The notes beneath the pieces were generated by a model. It was not told the DNA's origin and searched no databases. It worked only from the letters and a program-made list of their open reading frames with translations. The translations under genes and the position numbers were made by a program. A DNA stretch of 32,000 bases from the NCBI GenBank assembly GCA_025839675.1, contig CP104013.1, positions 4,290,001-4,322,000 of the forward strand, given 5' to 3'. The first letter of the stretch is position 1; every line of letters begins with the position of its first letter. The stretch is from Candidatus Lokiarchaeum ossiferum. Lineage in GTDB: Archaea > Asgardarchaeota > Lokiarchaeia > Sigyniarchaeales > Promethearchaeaceae. Positions 15,854-25,073 of the stretch are shown here, piece by piece.

Positions 15854-17059
15854 TTAAAGCGATAGGATTATTTTATTGTGAGCCCTTAACATTTCTTCCA
15901 ATATCAATTGCATGGCATCAGGAATATCTGGATTTACATCTGGGATACTGCGCTTAGCATTAATACTTGCGAGCAATATTTCACTTAAGCCTCGAACAAT
16001 CATATCTGGTGAATACCATGGTCGTTTGGATGCCCACCATTGCTGACATGAATGAATTCCCCTGTCGAGAAAACTACGGGCATTATTATATAGTCCTTTC
16101 TGGTCATCATTCATACTGTCATAGTATTTTTGAGCTAGATGGACTGTTGTTAAGGCATACATAATAAAATGGTGTTGTTCTTGGTGAAGTGGATTATTTG
16201 GATCAAACCATAGAGGGAATGGGACGCCTCGATCTAAATCATAGGGCATAGTGCTCCAACTGGATGCTTTTGGGGATTGCTTCTGCCCTTTCGGAAAGCG
16301 ATCCACTATTTCCGAAACAGTGCACATTTTAATATCATCTCTATGAGGTAATGCTTCGAAAAGAGGGATTAAAAAGTCTTTAATCGCATGTTTTACATGA
16401 TGCCCGAAGGTTTCACCGTCCATAGCCAAAATGACATAATAATCTTGATCTTGGTTCTTATATTTCAATCGATTAGCAAAGGCTTCAATATTGTTTAATT
16501 TATCAAAAGCACAATCAATAGATGTATAATCATCTCGAAAAACTAAACCTAATCCTGTTTTATTGTGTTGTGATATGCTAGTTGTTGGAAATTCTGACAA
16601 AGAATTCGCAATTCCTGAACTAATAACCCAATCAAATCCCATTTTCTTGATTGCAGGAAATATTTCTTCGCTGATTGCCATTTCGGGCGGGAAAAATCCT
16701 CTTGGTTTGTAAATATTACCAAAATATTGACGGTTGGTGTCATTATTCAACTTGATTTGTCGTAAAATCTCCGGTTCTGGTATTAAGGGGAGTAAAGGGT
16801 GAAATTTTCCAGAGCCTGTGAAATCTATCTGACCACGTGAAGCTAATGTGGAAATTCCTTCTATTACATCTCGATAACCATAATCATCTAACTGCTCCGT
16901 GAGTGTAGCATTAATATTTAGTGAAATCTTTGCGTTTGGGTGATCTCGGAGGGCATCCAAAATAGGGCGATAAGATTCCTTAACAATTTGTTTGATAACG
17001 GGAGCAATTTGGACGGGAGGTTGATAAATATGAAATAAAAATGCAAAATAAACTACCAT
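15854..17059 (-). CDS. glycoside hydrolase family 57 (GH57)-like protein
   Basis: 401 aa with counterparts of the five GH57 conserved regions: FHIYQP (I), GQIDFTGSGKFHPLLPL (II), GFFPPEMAISEE (III, Glu nucleophile), ILAMDGETFGHH (IV, Asp acid/base) and HSCQQWWAS (V). Confidence 0.75.
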   Translation of the reverse strand: MVVYFAFLFHIYQPPVQIAPVIKQIVKESYRPILDALRDHPNAKISLNINATLTEQLDDYGYRDVIEGISTLASRGQIDFTGSGKFHPLLPLIPEPEILRQIKLNNDTNRQYFGNIYKPRGFFPPEMAISEEIFPAIKKMGFDWVISSGIANSLSEFPTTSISQHNKTGLGLVFRDDYTSIDCAFDKLNNIEAFANRLKYKNQDQDYYVILAMDGETFGHHVKHAIKDFLIPLFEALPHRDDIKMCTVSEIVDRFPKGQKQSPKASSWSTMPYDLDRGVPFPLWFDPNNPLHQEQHHFIMYALTTVHLAQKYYDSMNDDQKGLYNNARSFLDRGIHSCQQWWASKRPWYSPDMIVRGLSEILLASINAKRSIPDVNPDIPDAMQLILEEMLRAHNKIILSL

Positions 17060-17348
17060 GATGATTATTTCTCAGAACTTCCCTTAAAATCTACTTACTT
17101 TAAAATTGCTATGAAAAAGATCAATTACTCCAATTATAAATCCCGATTTTTTGATGAAATTAAGATTTTCTCCTTAGAACATACTTCTTAAGTCATTTTT
17201 TGATCATGTCACCTCAATTTAAGGGCTAAAACGCTACAATGATGATTCATCTCGATATAAATTGGATGAATTTTTATACCAATATTTCGTAATTACATTA
17301 ATGGAAAAATCTATACAAACATGAGGTATATAAGTGATGTGAAATCAA

Positions 17349-20300
17349 ATGATCGTAAAATCTAAGCATTTCTCAAAAATTGTCCTGCTCCTTTTTGTTA
17401 TGACACTGGAGATCGGATCAAATATAAATATACTCAATCAAATTACCGAAAAATCCCCTGATAAATCATCTGTATATTCAGATATAAGGTCTGCTTATTC
17501 CTTTACAAATGAAACCATTTTTGTTTTGGGTCACCCATATGATATAACTGCGATTGATCCTCTTAACGCCTGGGACTCATCCAGTATTGAAGTCATAGAT
17601 CAGATTTGTGAAGGATTATTTTCCACCAATCTCTCAGATCCAGCTCATTCTATAATTCCTAGGCTTGCAAGTGATGAGGGTATCTGGAATGGGGATGGAA
17701 CAATTTTTAATGTCACTTTGATGGAAAATATTTACTTTCATGATGGGACTCGTTTTAATGCAACTGCAGTAAAATGGAATTTCGACAGATTAAAAGATAT
17801 GATTACTAATAGTTCCGGATTATCTGAAGTGTATCCTCTAATAGCAAGTGTTTATACTCCAGTGAATGATACATTTGTTATCCAAAACATCACTGTTGTG
17901 AATGAAACATATATATCTTTCAAATTAAACTACCCATATTCACCTTTTAAAGGAATGCTAACTTTTTCTGGATCTTATATCATATCTCCCCATTCAACCC
18001 CTCTACATCGATTTCTTAATGCAAGTGCTGAGAGCTTGGTTGGAACCGGTCCTTATTGTTTTACAGAGTTTATAGATCAAGACTCTATCACCTTCGATTA
18101 TTGGCCTTTTTATCATAGAGGAATTCCGGGTATTAAAAGAATGATATGGGTAGTATATGACAATGTTGAAGATTTAAACTTGAGTCTGATAAATGGAACA
18201 ATCGATATGGTTGATTCTCCCTCTGTTGATTACTTTGATGTATACAATGCATCAAGTGATATCACTTTTCAAGAAGGTCCAGAATCATTGGTTGGTCAAT
18301 ACTTGTGTATGAATAATAATTACATCAATCAAACTTTTCGTAAGGCTATTTCCTTTGGCATTAATTACACCGAAATCCTAAACATATCAAATCCTCCAAA
18401 TTCAAGATTAAAGTCTCCTTTACCATCTGGGCTATCTGGGTCAAATGAGAGCTTCAACTATGCGACGATGAACATCACTCAAGCTCGACAAATAATCATT
18501 GACATGAATATGTCTAGTGGATTGACACAACTTTCATCCGATGAGGAATGGCAAAATCTCACTGAAACTACTCCTGCTCTTACTGTTAATTATACTTATA
18601 ATGATGGATCCTATACTCGGAAAACAATAGGTGCTATTATTACGGATAATCTTGGATATATTGGAATCAAAGTCAATAATGTGAATTTAACTTGGGGGGA
18701 ATTTGCAGAATATTTATACGAGATAAATGGACATACAAAAGATGAGCTCAATCTTTATGTAACTGGATGGGGTGCTGATTATAACGATGCCCTTGCTTGG
18801 TTAACTCCATTATTCTCAAATAATTCAGTCAGTAATCTTGCAAATATCAATGATCCCTATCTGCAATCGCTACTTTTGAATGGAACCAATGAAATTGATG
18901 TATTGACTCTCCAAACAATAGTTGATGAAATTCAACGTTATTTAGTAGAAGATCTTATGCCCGTTGCAAACTTATTTTCTCCTAAAATTTTTGGAGCTTG
19001 GTCAACCAATTTAAGCGGATTTTTATTAAATTCTTGGGGGAAACAAGAGTTTTTCGCTTGTACTTGGAATAATGAAACAGTTAATATAATTGATCTTAAT
19101 ACCAATATATTTGCAGATCCCGATAATGATGCAATATCTAGTTGGGATGAGTATTCGATTTATTTTACAAATCCATATAATGAAGATACTGATAGCGACG
19201 GGATGCCTGATGCATGGGAACTTACATATTCTCTTGATCCATTGGATAATGGTGATGGAATTTTAGATAGTGATCTAGATGGATTGATTAATGCATGGGA
19301 ATATGGAAATTCTACCATACCTGATGATTCTGATAGTGATGATGATGGATTGTCAGATAATTTGGAACTTATAATGTATTTAACTAATGCTACGAATAAT
19401 GATACCGATGGGGATGGTTTATTCGATTATAATGAAATATTTCTCTATTCTACTAATGCTTCGGATAGTGATACTGATGGCGATAGTATTTCAGATTTTG
19501 AAGAATTGATACTTTATTCCACAAATGCTACGAACAATGATACCGATGGGGATGGTTTATTTGATTATAATGAAATATTTCTCTATTCTACTAATGCTTC
19601 GGATAGCGATTCTGATGGTGATAGTATATCCGATTTTGATGAATTGATGGTTTATTCCACTAATGCTTCGAATGATGACAGCGATGGGGACAATTTATCT
19701 GATTTTGACGAACTAATGGTCTATTCTACTAATGCCACGAGTAATGATACTGATGGGGACAGCTTATCTGATTTTGATGAACTATTGGTCTATTCTACTA
19801 ATGCCACGAGCAATGATACTGATGGAGATGGGTTATCAGATTTTAATGAACTGAAACTTTACTTTACAAATGCTACAAGTAGTGATTCAGATGGGGATGG
19901 ATTATCTGACTTTGATGAATTGATGCTTCATTTTACTGATGCTTTGAATTATGATACGGATGGGGATGGGATTAGTGATTCTATGGAGCTTGAATTTGAT
20001 TCAGATCCTCTAAATCAATCAAGTATTCCTCAGATTGAGAGTCTATTATCAATTACTATTAATTCCAGAATAAGACCTTTTGGTTCATGTTGCATTTCAT
20101 GGGATGGTCCTATAATGCCTGTATTGGATAATCTGTCCATTTATCTATCTTCTACAAAATTTACTAAAGATAATATTGGATCTATGGAACCTTATATAAT
20201 GTTTACCAAAGAGATCCCAGATAATTATACTTTATCCAATTTAGATGATGGAACATGGTATCTTCTAATTCTCGTCGAAAATCAGAATATAACTCTCGCT

Positions 20301-20471
20301 TCTAGTATTATTGAATTTACCGTCGAAAATCCATTCAATTCAACTATACCAATCTATCAAATTTTTAGTATCATCGCTGGAATTCTTGCAATTTTAGGGG
20401 TGATTGAGGTATTTATGAAGATGAGACAACATAAAAGGAAGGATATTGATTCCCTACACCATGAGTTGTAA
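17349..20471 (+). CDS. surface-anchored fusion: family-5 solute-binding (Opp/Dpp-type) domain, 13 DxDxDG (TSP3/EF-hand-like) repeats, beta-rich domain, C-terminal TM anchor
   Basis: 1040 aa with an N-terminal signal or anchor (IVLLLFVMTLEIGS). The SBP_bac_5-type signature is IFVLGHPYDITAIDPLNAWDSSSIEVIDQICEGLFS...IIPRLASDEGIWNGDGTIFNVTLMENIYFHDGTRFNATAVKWNFDRL. The repeat region is described separately. The C-terminal helix IFSIIAGILAILGVIEVF is followed by the basic tail MKMRQHKRKD. By my count there are more than 40 N-x-S/T sequons. Confidence 0.8.
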   Translation: MIVKSKHFSKIVLLLFVMTLEIGSNINILNQITEKSPDKSSVYSDIRSAYSFTNETIFVLGHPYDITAIDPLNAWDSSSIEVIDQICEGLFSTNLSDPAHSIIPRLASDEGIWNGDGTIFNVTLMENIYFHDGTRFNATAVKWNFDRLKDMITNSSGLSEVYPLIASVYTPVNDTFVIQNITVVNETYISFKLNYPYSPFKGMLTFSGSYIISPHSTPLHRFLNASAESLVGTGPYCFTEFIDQDSITFDYWPFYHRGIPGIKRMIWVVYDNVEDLNLSLINGTIDMVDSPSVDYFDVYNASSDITFQEGPESLVGQYLCMNNNYINQTFRKAISFGINYTEILNISNPPNSRLKSPLPSGLSGSNESFNYATMNITQARQIIIDMNMSSGLTQLSSDEEWQNLTETTPALTVNYTYNDGSYTRKTIGAIITDNLGYIGIKVNNVNLTWGEFAEYLYEINGHTKDELNLYVTGWGADYNDALAWLTPLFSNNSVSNLANINDPYLQSLLLNGTNEIDVLTLQTIVDEIQRYLVEDLMPVANLFSPKIFGAWSTNLSGFLLNSWGKQEFFACTWNNETVNIIDLNTNIFADPDNDAISSWDEYSIYFTNPYNEDTDSDGMPDAWELTYSLDPLDNGDGILDSDLDGLINAWEYGNSTIPDDSDSDDDGLSDNLELIMYLTNATNNDTDGDGLFDYNEIFLYSTNASDSDTDGDSISDFEELILYSTNATNNDTDGDGLFDYNEIFLYSTNASDSDSDGDSISDFDELMVYSTNASNDDSDGDNLSDFDELMVYSTNATSNDTDGDSLSDFDELLVYSTNATSNDTDGDGLSDFNELKLYFTNATSSDSDGDGLSDFDELMLHFTDALNYDTDGDGISDSMELEFDSDPLNQSSIPQIESLLSITINSRIRPFGSCCISWDGPIMPVLDNLSIYLSSTKFTKDNIGSMEPYIMFTKEIPDNYTLSNLDDGTWYLLILVENQNITLASSIIEFTVENPFNSTIPIYQIFSIIAGILAILGVIEVFMKMRQHKRKDIDSLHHEL
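19116..20024 (+). repeat. in-frame tandem repeats, 13 units of ~23 aa (69 nt), consensus D(T/S)DGD(G/S)LSDF(D/N)EL(M/L)(V/L)YSTNA(T/S)(N/S)(N/D)
   Basis: The regular core is 19326-19952 (9 units). Units at 19401-19469 and 19539-19607 encode identical peptides (DTDGDGLFDYNEIFLYSTNASDS) and differ at 2 of 69 nt, both synonymous. Each unit has a D-x-D-x-D-G-x-x-D-x-x-E loop plus NAT/NAS and NDT sequons. Confidence 0.9.
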
Positions 20472-20534
20472 ATCGTCTAGCTTTGAGGTTTTTTTACTAA
20501 TTATTTTTCTTACATTTTCCAGTCATAGATCTTA

Positions 20535-20560
20535 ATTTCTAAATTTTTAAATTTAGAAAT
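20535..20560. promoter_or_regulatory. perfect 26-bp palindrome ATTTCTAAATTT-TT-AAATTTAGAAAT
   Basis: 12-bp arms with a 2-nt centre. It lies 64 nt after the stop of the 17349-20471 gene and 70 nt upstream of the ATG at 20630. It could be an operator or a terminator hairpin. Confidence 0.4.
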
Positions 20561-20629
20561 CTAGCGAGAGGCTTAATTTTTAAAGCATGCTGGATAAAAT
20601 ATTGTATATAATATGGAGCTAATGAAATT

Positions 20630-21637
20630 ATGTCCTTATCCAAATATATTGAGTATTTAACACAGAAAAATATTTCTTCGGAAAAATGTGAAGCCGCTTT
20701 AAGTTTAATGCAAGATTTTGAAACATATTTGCACTCGGTTGGGGCGGATGCAAGAAACATCACTTATGATCTTGTTCAAAATTTTGTTGCACAAATGATT
20801 GAAAGGAGAATCAACACTGAACAAAATTTTGTGTATATCCTCTATTATGGCTACTATTTGAACAATTTTGAGATAATAAATGCAATTATGGAAATAATCG
20901 ATGGGGGAGAAATGTTCCCTAATTTATCTAAGCAACTAATTGCGAAATTTGGACAAAAATTCCATGACGAAATTTTCACTGATGTAGAATTACCTCCTTT
21001 AGGAACCCATCCAAAAAAAAAACCAGAAATTGCAAAAATTCTTGTTTCTCGTATAATTGACAAATTAGGTCCTGAAAAAAGTGTCCAATTTTTCAAAACG
21101 GGCTTGCGCGATAAGTATCCCCAAGCTTATGTAAAAGGTCATGAGACTTTTAAGAAACTCCAAAATGTGGACGAACTCCTCAAAATTAAGCATCAAACTT
21201 TAGTGGAGAATCTAACCAAGTGTTTTAATGAGAATAGTTTATTTTTCACGCAACCTGTTACCAGAGAAGTGTTGGATTTTGTAAAAAGTGATCAAAGTAT
21301 CAGTGCGGGTATCCGAAAAGGGGATACGATCTACATGAAAAAGATTCCATATATGACTAACAAAGTATTAGAAGAAACTGATCAACGAAAGCGTAATTAT
21401 TATGTATGCCATAATCCGATGATTCGAGAAGCTTTTCTTGAAGAAGACCAACCCATTGATCCAATATTTTGTAATTGTAGCGGGGGTTTTATGAAAAATT
21501 ATTGGGAGGCAGTGCTTGACTGCGAAGTCGATGTTGAATTGCTTGATTCTGTGATGATGGGGGGTAAATTTTGCGAATTTGCGATTCATTTACCCTCAGA
21601 AATTGTGGAAAAAACCAAAAATCATCCCGTTGTTTAA
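20630..21637 (+). CDS. hypothetical protein with helical N-terminus and Cys-rich C-terminal domain
   Basis: 335 aa. The N-terminus (KYIEYLTQKNISSEKCEAALSLMQDFETYLHS...ITYDLVQNFVAQM) is reminiscent of integrase-type SAM-like helical domains, but no catalytic integrase domain follows. The C-terminus is VCHNPMIREAFLEEDQPIDPIFCNCSGGFMKNYWEAVLDCEVDVELLDSVMMGGKFCEFAIHL. GGAG lies 12 nt before the ATG. Confidence 0.5.
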   Translation: MSLSKYIEYLTQKNISSEKCEAALSLMQDFETYLHSVGADARNITYDLVQNFVAQMIERRINTEQNFVYILYYGYYLNNFEIINAIMEIIDGGEMFPNLSKQLIAKFGQKFHDEIFTDVELPPLGTHPKKKPEIAKILVSRIIDKLGPEKSVQFFKTGLRDKYPQAYVKGHETFKKLQNVDELLKIKHQTLVENLTKCFNENSLFFTQPVTREVLDFVKSDQSISAGIRKGDTIYMKKIPYMTNKVLEETDQRKRNYYVCHNPMIREAFLEEDQPIDPIFCNCSGGFMKNYWEAVLDCEVDVELLDSVMMGGKFCEFAIHLPSEIVEKTKNHPVV

Positions 21638-22329
21638 GATTTTTTTCCTTTTTTCCCTTTCGTATGTCGTAATTCTACTAATGTCTTGATAGGTAACACC
21701 ATATTAAAAGCGAGATATGGTCGTGCGATATTCTCTTTCAATTCTTCTTTTTCAATAAGAGCCAGTGTTTTTTCCTTAAAATCTTGATAAAGCTTCATAT
21801 ATTCCTTATATCCATTTTCTGATAAGGGAATGAGATCCCTCGGAATGTGATTTGATGGATTTGTGTGAAATTGAAGGGCATCTTGAGATGATTTGATGGA
21901 TTTTTCACTTGTTTCACTAAAGAGGCTGATTTCACGCATTAATTCCCGTACGGTTTCAAAGAGTAATGTATTCCAGCGGAAAATATTGCGGGAATAGCCA
22001 ATTATTTGAGATTCGGGTAAGTTTGCCAAATCTCCAAAATCCATGAAGACCGTCTTATAAAAATCAGCGCTTAATTCATAATTTTTTAAGGGTTTAATAG
22101 AGCCTTCTATGATTTGATCGGATTCTAAAATCAAGCCTTGATTTGCCATTAACTTCATATGATAAACGGTGGTGTTCTTCGTTTTTCCCAAAAATTTGCT
22201 TAACTCGGTGAGATTAAGCTTCCGGTAGATAAACAAATACAATAATGCTTGTAACCTTGGTTTACTATTTAATGTTTTAAAAATCTCAATTTTTTCTGGT
22301 ACTTGAGATGATGTAGTATTTGCTTCCAT
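21634..22329 (-). CDS. ArsR-like winged-helix transcriptional regulator with extended C-terminal domain
   Basis: 231 aa. PRLQALLYLFIYRKLNLTELSKFLGKTKNTTVYHMKLMANQGLI fits the ArsR/SmtB-type HTH pattern. The remaining ~130 aa are unassigned. Confidence 0.6.
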   Translation of the reverse strand: MEANTTSSQVPEKIEIFKTLNSKPRLQALLYLFIYRKLNLTELSKFLGKTKNTTVYHMKLMANQGLILESDQIIEGSIKPLKNYELSADFYKTVFMDFGDLANLPESQIIGYSRNIFRWNTLLFETVRELMREISLFSETSEKSIKSSQDALQFHTNPSNHIPRDLIPLSENGYKEYMKLYQDFKEKTLALIEKEELKENIARPYLAFNMVLPIKTLVELRHTKGKKGKKS

Positions 22330-22395
22330 GAGGTTTGAATCCTTTGAAATCTAAAAAAAAAGGAAAGATGTAAACGTGTGCTTTCTCGTTGAGAA

Positions 22396-24012
22396 TTATT
22401 TATATTCAGGAACTAATCCGGTTTGAAAATGACGCAAACTTAATTCTGCTCCGCGTGAAATTCTGACTCTTGGGATTTGATCTTTATTCTTGTAGAGTTC
22501 TGTGACCGCTGCTACCGTGTAATCCATATCTGAAAGGCTGTAGGCATTTCGAGGAATCGCAAAGCGCACCAAATTTAAAATGCCCTTGCGTTGTTCCTCG
22601 GTTCGTTGATCCCATTCAAAAGCAAATGGACCTAGTTCACAAGATCTAATTCCATAATGCTTTACTAATTCAATTGAGAATCCAACGCCACCAAAATCTT
22701 CCGTTTTCATACAGGTCCCTTCTAAGAAGCGATCCATATCAATATAGACTGCATGACCTCCCGCAGGTAAAACAACTGGCACATTATTTTCTGCTAATTT
22801 TTTGGCTAAATACCGGGTCTGAGTGATTCTTGAGCGAAGATAAGGTTCTTTTACCACTTCATGAAGGCCTACAGCGAGTGCCATAATATCTCGGCCACTT
22901 AATGCTCCATAAGAGTCATTTCCAAGTGTAACTATTTGTTTTTCTTTCAAACGAGTTCCAATTTGCGTCCCATTAATTGAATACTTTGTGCTAAACACTC
23001 CCTTATCTCGAATGGCGAGTAGTCCTCCCATATTTGCCAATCCATCTTTTTTTAAACTGATTGTGAAACCATCAACATGCGAAAACATCTCTTGGATGAT
23101 AGCCCTTACTGATTTATCTTGATAACCTTCCTCAAACTCTTTAATGAAGTAGGCATTTTCTGCAAAACGACATGCATCAAAGAAGAATGGGATCTCATAT
23201 TTGTCTGCTACCTTGTGGACTGCTTTGATATTGGCCATTGATACTGGTTGTCCTGCGACCGAATTATTTGTAATGGTCAATAAGATAAGAGGGATTGAAT
23301 CTACTCCACGAGTTTGAATTAATTTTTCCAATCCTTCTACATCCATATCTCCTTTGAATGGGTTTCGTTTGTCCATATCTTCGTGTGGAAAATGATTTAG
23401 GACAATGGATTTGTCAAATAAATTGACCGGTTCAATATTGACTGCCCGAATATTTGCTCCGGTTGTATCAAAATGACCGTTATTTGGAATACAATATTTT
23501 TTGTTTGGGTCGATTTCAAAAAGCACTTCTGCTAAAGTTGAAAAGAGAAGGTGTTCAGCAGCACGGCCTTGAGGGCAAATAAATGTGTTAGGTCGAGCTA
23601 ATTGGTGAACGCCTCCATTAATAAATCCTCCTTCAAAAGATGTGAGATAGAGTTCTTTCATCAATTTTTCAACATCATCTTCCCCTGAAAGAACGAGATT
23701 AATGGCTTTTTTAGGATTATCACCACGTTCAAAAACATCCCGAAATGCGTCTAATAATACATAATATCCTTTATTTCGGCCGTAAGATTCATCTCCATGA
23801 ATTAAAGCGGACCATTGGAGATCTGTCATTGAAGTAGAACCGCTATCTGAGAGATAATCTAAATTTAACAGATCAGCAGGAAAAGAGAACATGTTATATT
23901 CGGTTTCCTTAAGTGCACGGGCACGTTGTTCTAAAGAAACGTCTTTATAATTCCTAACAACATAAGCTTTATGGGTGGGAACGGGAGTTCCTAATTTATG
24001 CATTGGTTTCAT
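22396..24012 (-). CDS. PLP-dependent beta-eliminating lyase (tryptophanase / tyrosine phenol-lyase family), long variant
   Basis: 538 aa. Motifs are LDYLSDSGSTSMTDLQWSALIHGDESY, CPQGRAAE, ITNNSVAGQPVSMANIKAV, FDACRFAENAYFIKE, TISLKKDGLANMGGLL (PLP-lysine motif, K321/K322), GGHAVYIDMDRF and LVRFAIPRNAY. These are collinear with E. coli TnaA and Citrobacter TPL as I remember them. Confidence 0.85.
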   Translation of the reverse strand: MKPMHKLGTPVPTHKAYVVRNYKDVSLEQRARALKETEYNMFSFPADLLNLDYLSDSGSTSMTDLQWSALIHGDESYGRNKGYYVLLDAFRDVFERGDNPKKAINLVLSGEDDVEKLMKELYLTSFEGGFINGGVHQLARPNTFICPQGRAAEHLLFSTLAEVLFEIDPNKKYCIPNNGHFDTTGANIRAVNIEPVNLFDKSIVLNHFPHEDMDKRNPFKGDMDVEGLEKLIQTRGVDSIPLILLTITNNSVAGQPVSMANIKAVHKVADKYEIPFFFDACRFAENAYFIKEFEEGYQDKSVRAIIQEMFSHVDGFTISLKKDGLANMGGLLAIRDKGVFSTKYSINGTQIGTRLKEKQIVTLGNDSYGALSGRDIMALAVGLHEVVKEPYLRSRITQTRYLAKKLAENNVPVVLPAGGHAVYIDMDRFLEGTCMKTEDFGGVGFSIELVKHYGIRSCELGPFAFEWDQRTEEQRKGILNLVRFAIPRNAYSLSDMDYTVAAVTELYKNKDQIPRVRISRGAELSLRHFQTGLVPEYK

Positions 24013-24032
24013 TTTAAAATCATTCCTTCACA

Positions 24033-24051
24033 ATATCACAAAAAATGATAT
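24033..24051. promoter_or_regulatory. inverted repeat ATATCA-N7-TGATAT just upstream of the lyase start codon
   Basis: 6-bp arms lie 21-39 nt upstream of the ATG at 24012 (minus strand). A further GTGATAT copy sits near 24127. Confidence 0.3.
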
Positions 24052-24167
24052 GTTTGTTGAAAATAGGATCAAGTACATATTATTGGAGGAAGTATTTAAT
24101 GATTTTCTAAAAAAAGGTTTTTTTTTGTGATATTGGATGATGTTCCCGTTTGTGTCTGATGGATGGA

Positions 24168-24578
24168 TTAAATCCTCAATTTCTTGATCCAGTAAACCCA
24201 TACTATGTTAAATCCAAGAAAAGTTGTGAAAAACAACCAAAGAATGAAAGAATTAAACATTGAAAATTGAATTATTGAGATCAAAATTCCAATTATTGCT
24301 CCTGCTGACCAAATTAATTTTAGTTTTAATAATATTTCATAAATCTCCAATGAAGATTTCTGAGCCACGAGGGAAATGCCTCCTATTCCAAATAAAGCTG
24401 CTGCAGAAATTCGTGATGCCACCGGATCAATTGAATCCCATCCAAATAGATTCAGCATTTGGACGGGGAATAAAAAGAGTGGGAGGGCAATTAAATAATC
24501 TATTAGAAAATGAATTTTGAATGCAATCTTCAGACCATTTGGGGGTCGGTTTTTATCTTTATAGCTAGTATTCATCAT
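24168..24578 (-). CDS. small integral membrane protein, unknown function
   Basis: 136 aa with about four hydrophobic segments (FLIDYLIALPLFLFPV, AAALFGIGGISLVA, LIWSAGAIIGILISII, FILWLFFTTFLGFNIVWVYW). Confidence 0.5.
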   Translation of the reverse strand: MMNTSYKDKNRPPNGLKIAFKIHFLIDYLIALPLFLFPVQMLNLFGWDSIDPVASRISAAALFGIGGISLVAQKSSLEIYEILLKLKLIWSAGAIIGILISIIQFSMFNSFILWLFFTTFLGFNIVWVYWIKKLRI

Positions 24579-24674
24579 TATTCAATAAATTCATTCCAGA
24601 AAGAAAAAAACACTTCTTATCATTATTTTGGAAAATTACCAAAGAAGTTATAAAAAAAAAAGCATGAAAAACAT

Positions 24675-25073
24675 TTATTCTTTAATGGCTGTTGCTTTGA
24701 TCTCTATTTTTACATCTTTGGGTAACCGCGCAACTTCTACAGCTGCCCGAGCAGGATATCCTGTGGTTTTGCAATAGGGCTCAAACGTGGTTGCATAAAC
24801 TTGATTCATAAGTCCAAATTCATTCATGTCCTTCAAAAAGACATCACATATAACAACATCTCCCAAAGTGAATCCTGCAGCGTCTAAGACTGCTTGAATG
24901 TTTGAAAAACATTGCTTTGTTTGGGCTTCAATTGTTTCTCCGACGATTACACCTGTCTTAGGATCTAGAGGGATTTGCCCTGAAAGATAAAGAGTCTTCC
25001 CCACTTTAACAGCGTGAGAATAAGGTCCGACTGCTTTTGGTGCGGCTTCCGCATTGATGATTTCTTTTGCCAT
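24675..25073 (-). CDS. ridA: RidA/YjgF/TdcF-family reactive enamine/imine deaminase
   Basis: 132 aa. Motifs are [62 protein letters not shown] and [20 protein letters not shown]. This is a near-textbook RidA sequence, including the conserved Arg in PAR. Confidence 0.9.
   Translation of the reverse strand: MAKEIINAEAAPKAVGPYSHAVKVGKTLYLSGQIPLDPKTGVIVGETIEAQTKQCFSNIQAVLDAAGFTLGDVVICDVFLKDMNEFGLMNQVYATTFEPYCKTTGYPARAAVEVARLPKDVKIEIKATAIKE

Noticed and set aside
19326-19952. Regular 69-nt tandem repeats that could superficially resemble a CRISPR array or satellite
   Set aside because: The units are contiguous with no unique spacers. They are in frame with the 1040-aa ORF and encode a coherent DxDxDG...YSTNAT peptide repeat. 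Differences between units are largely synonymous or conservative.
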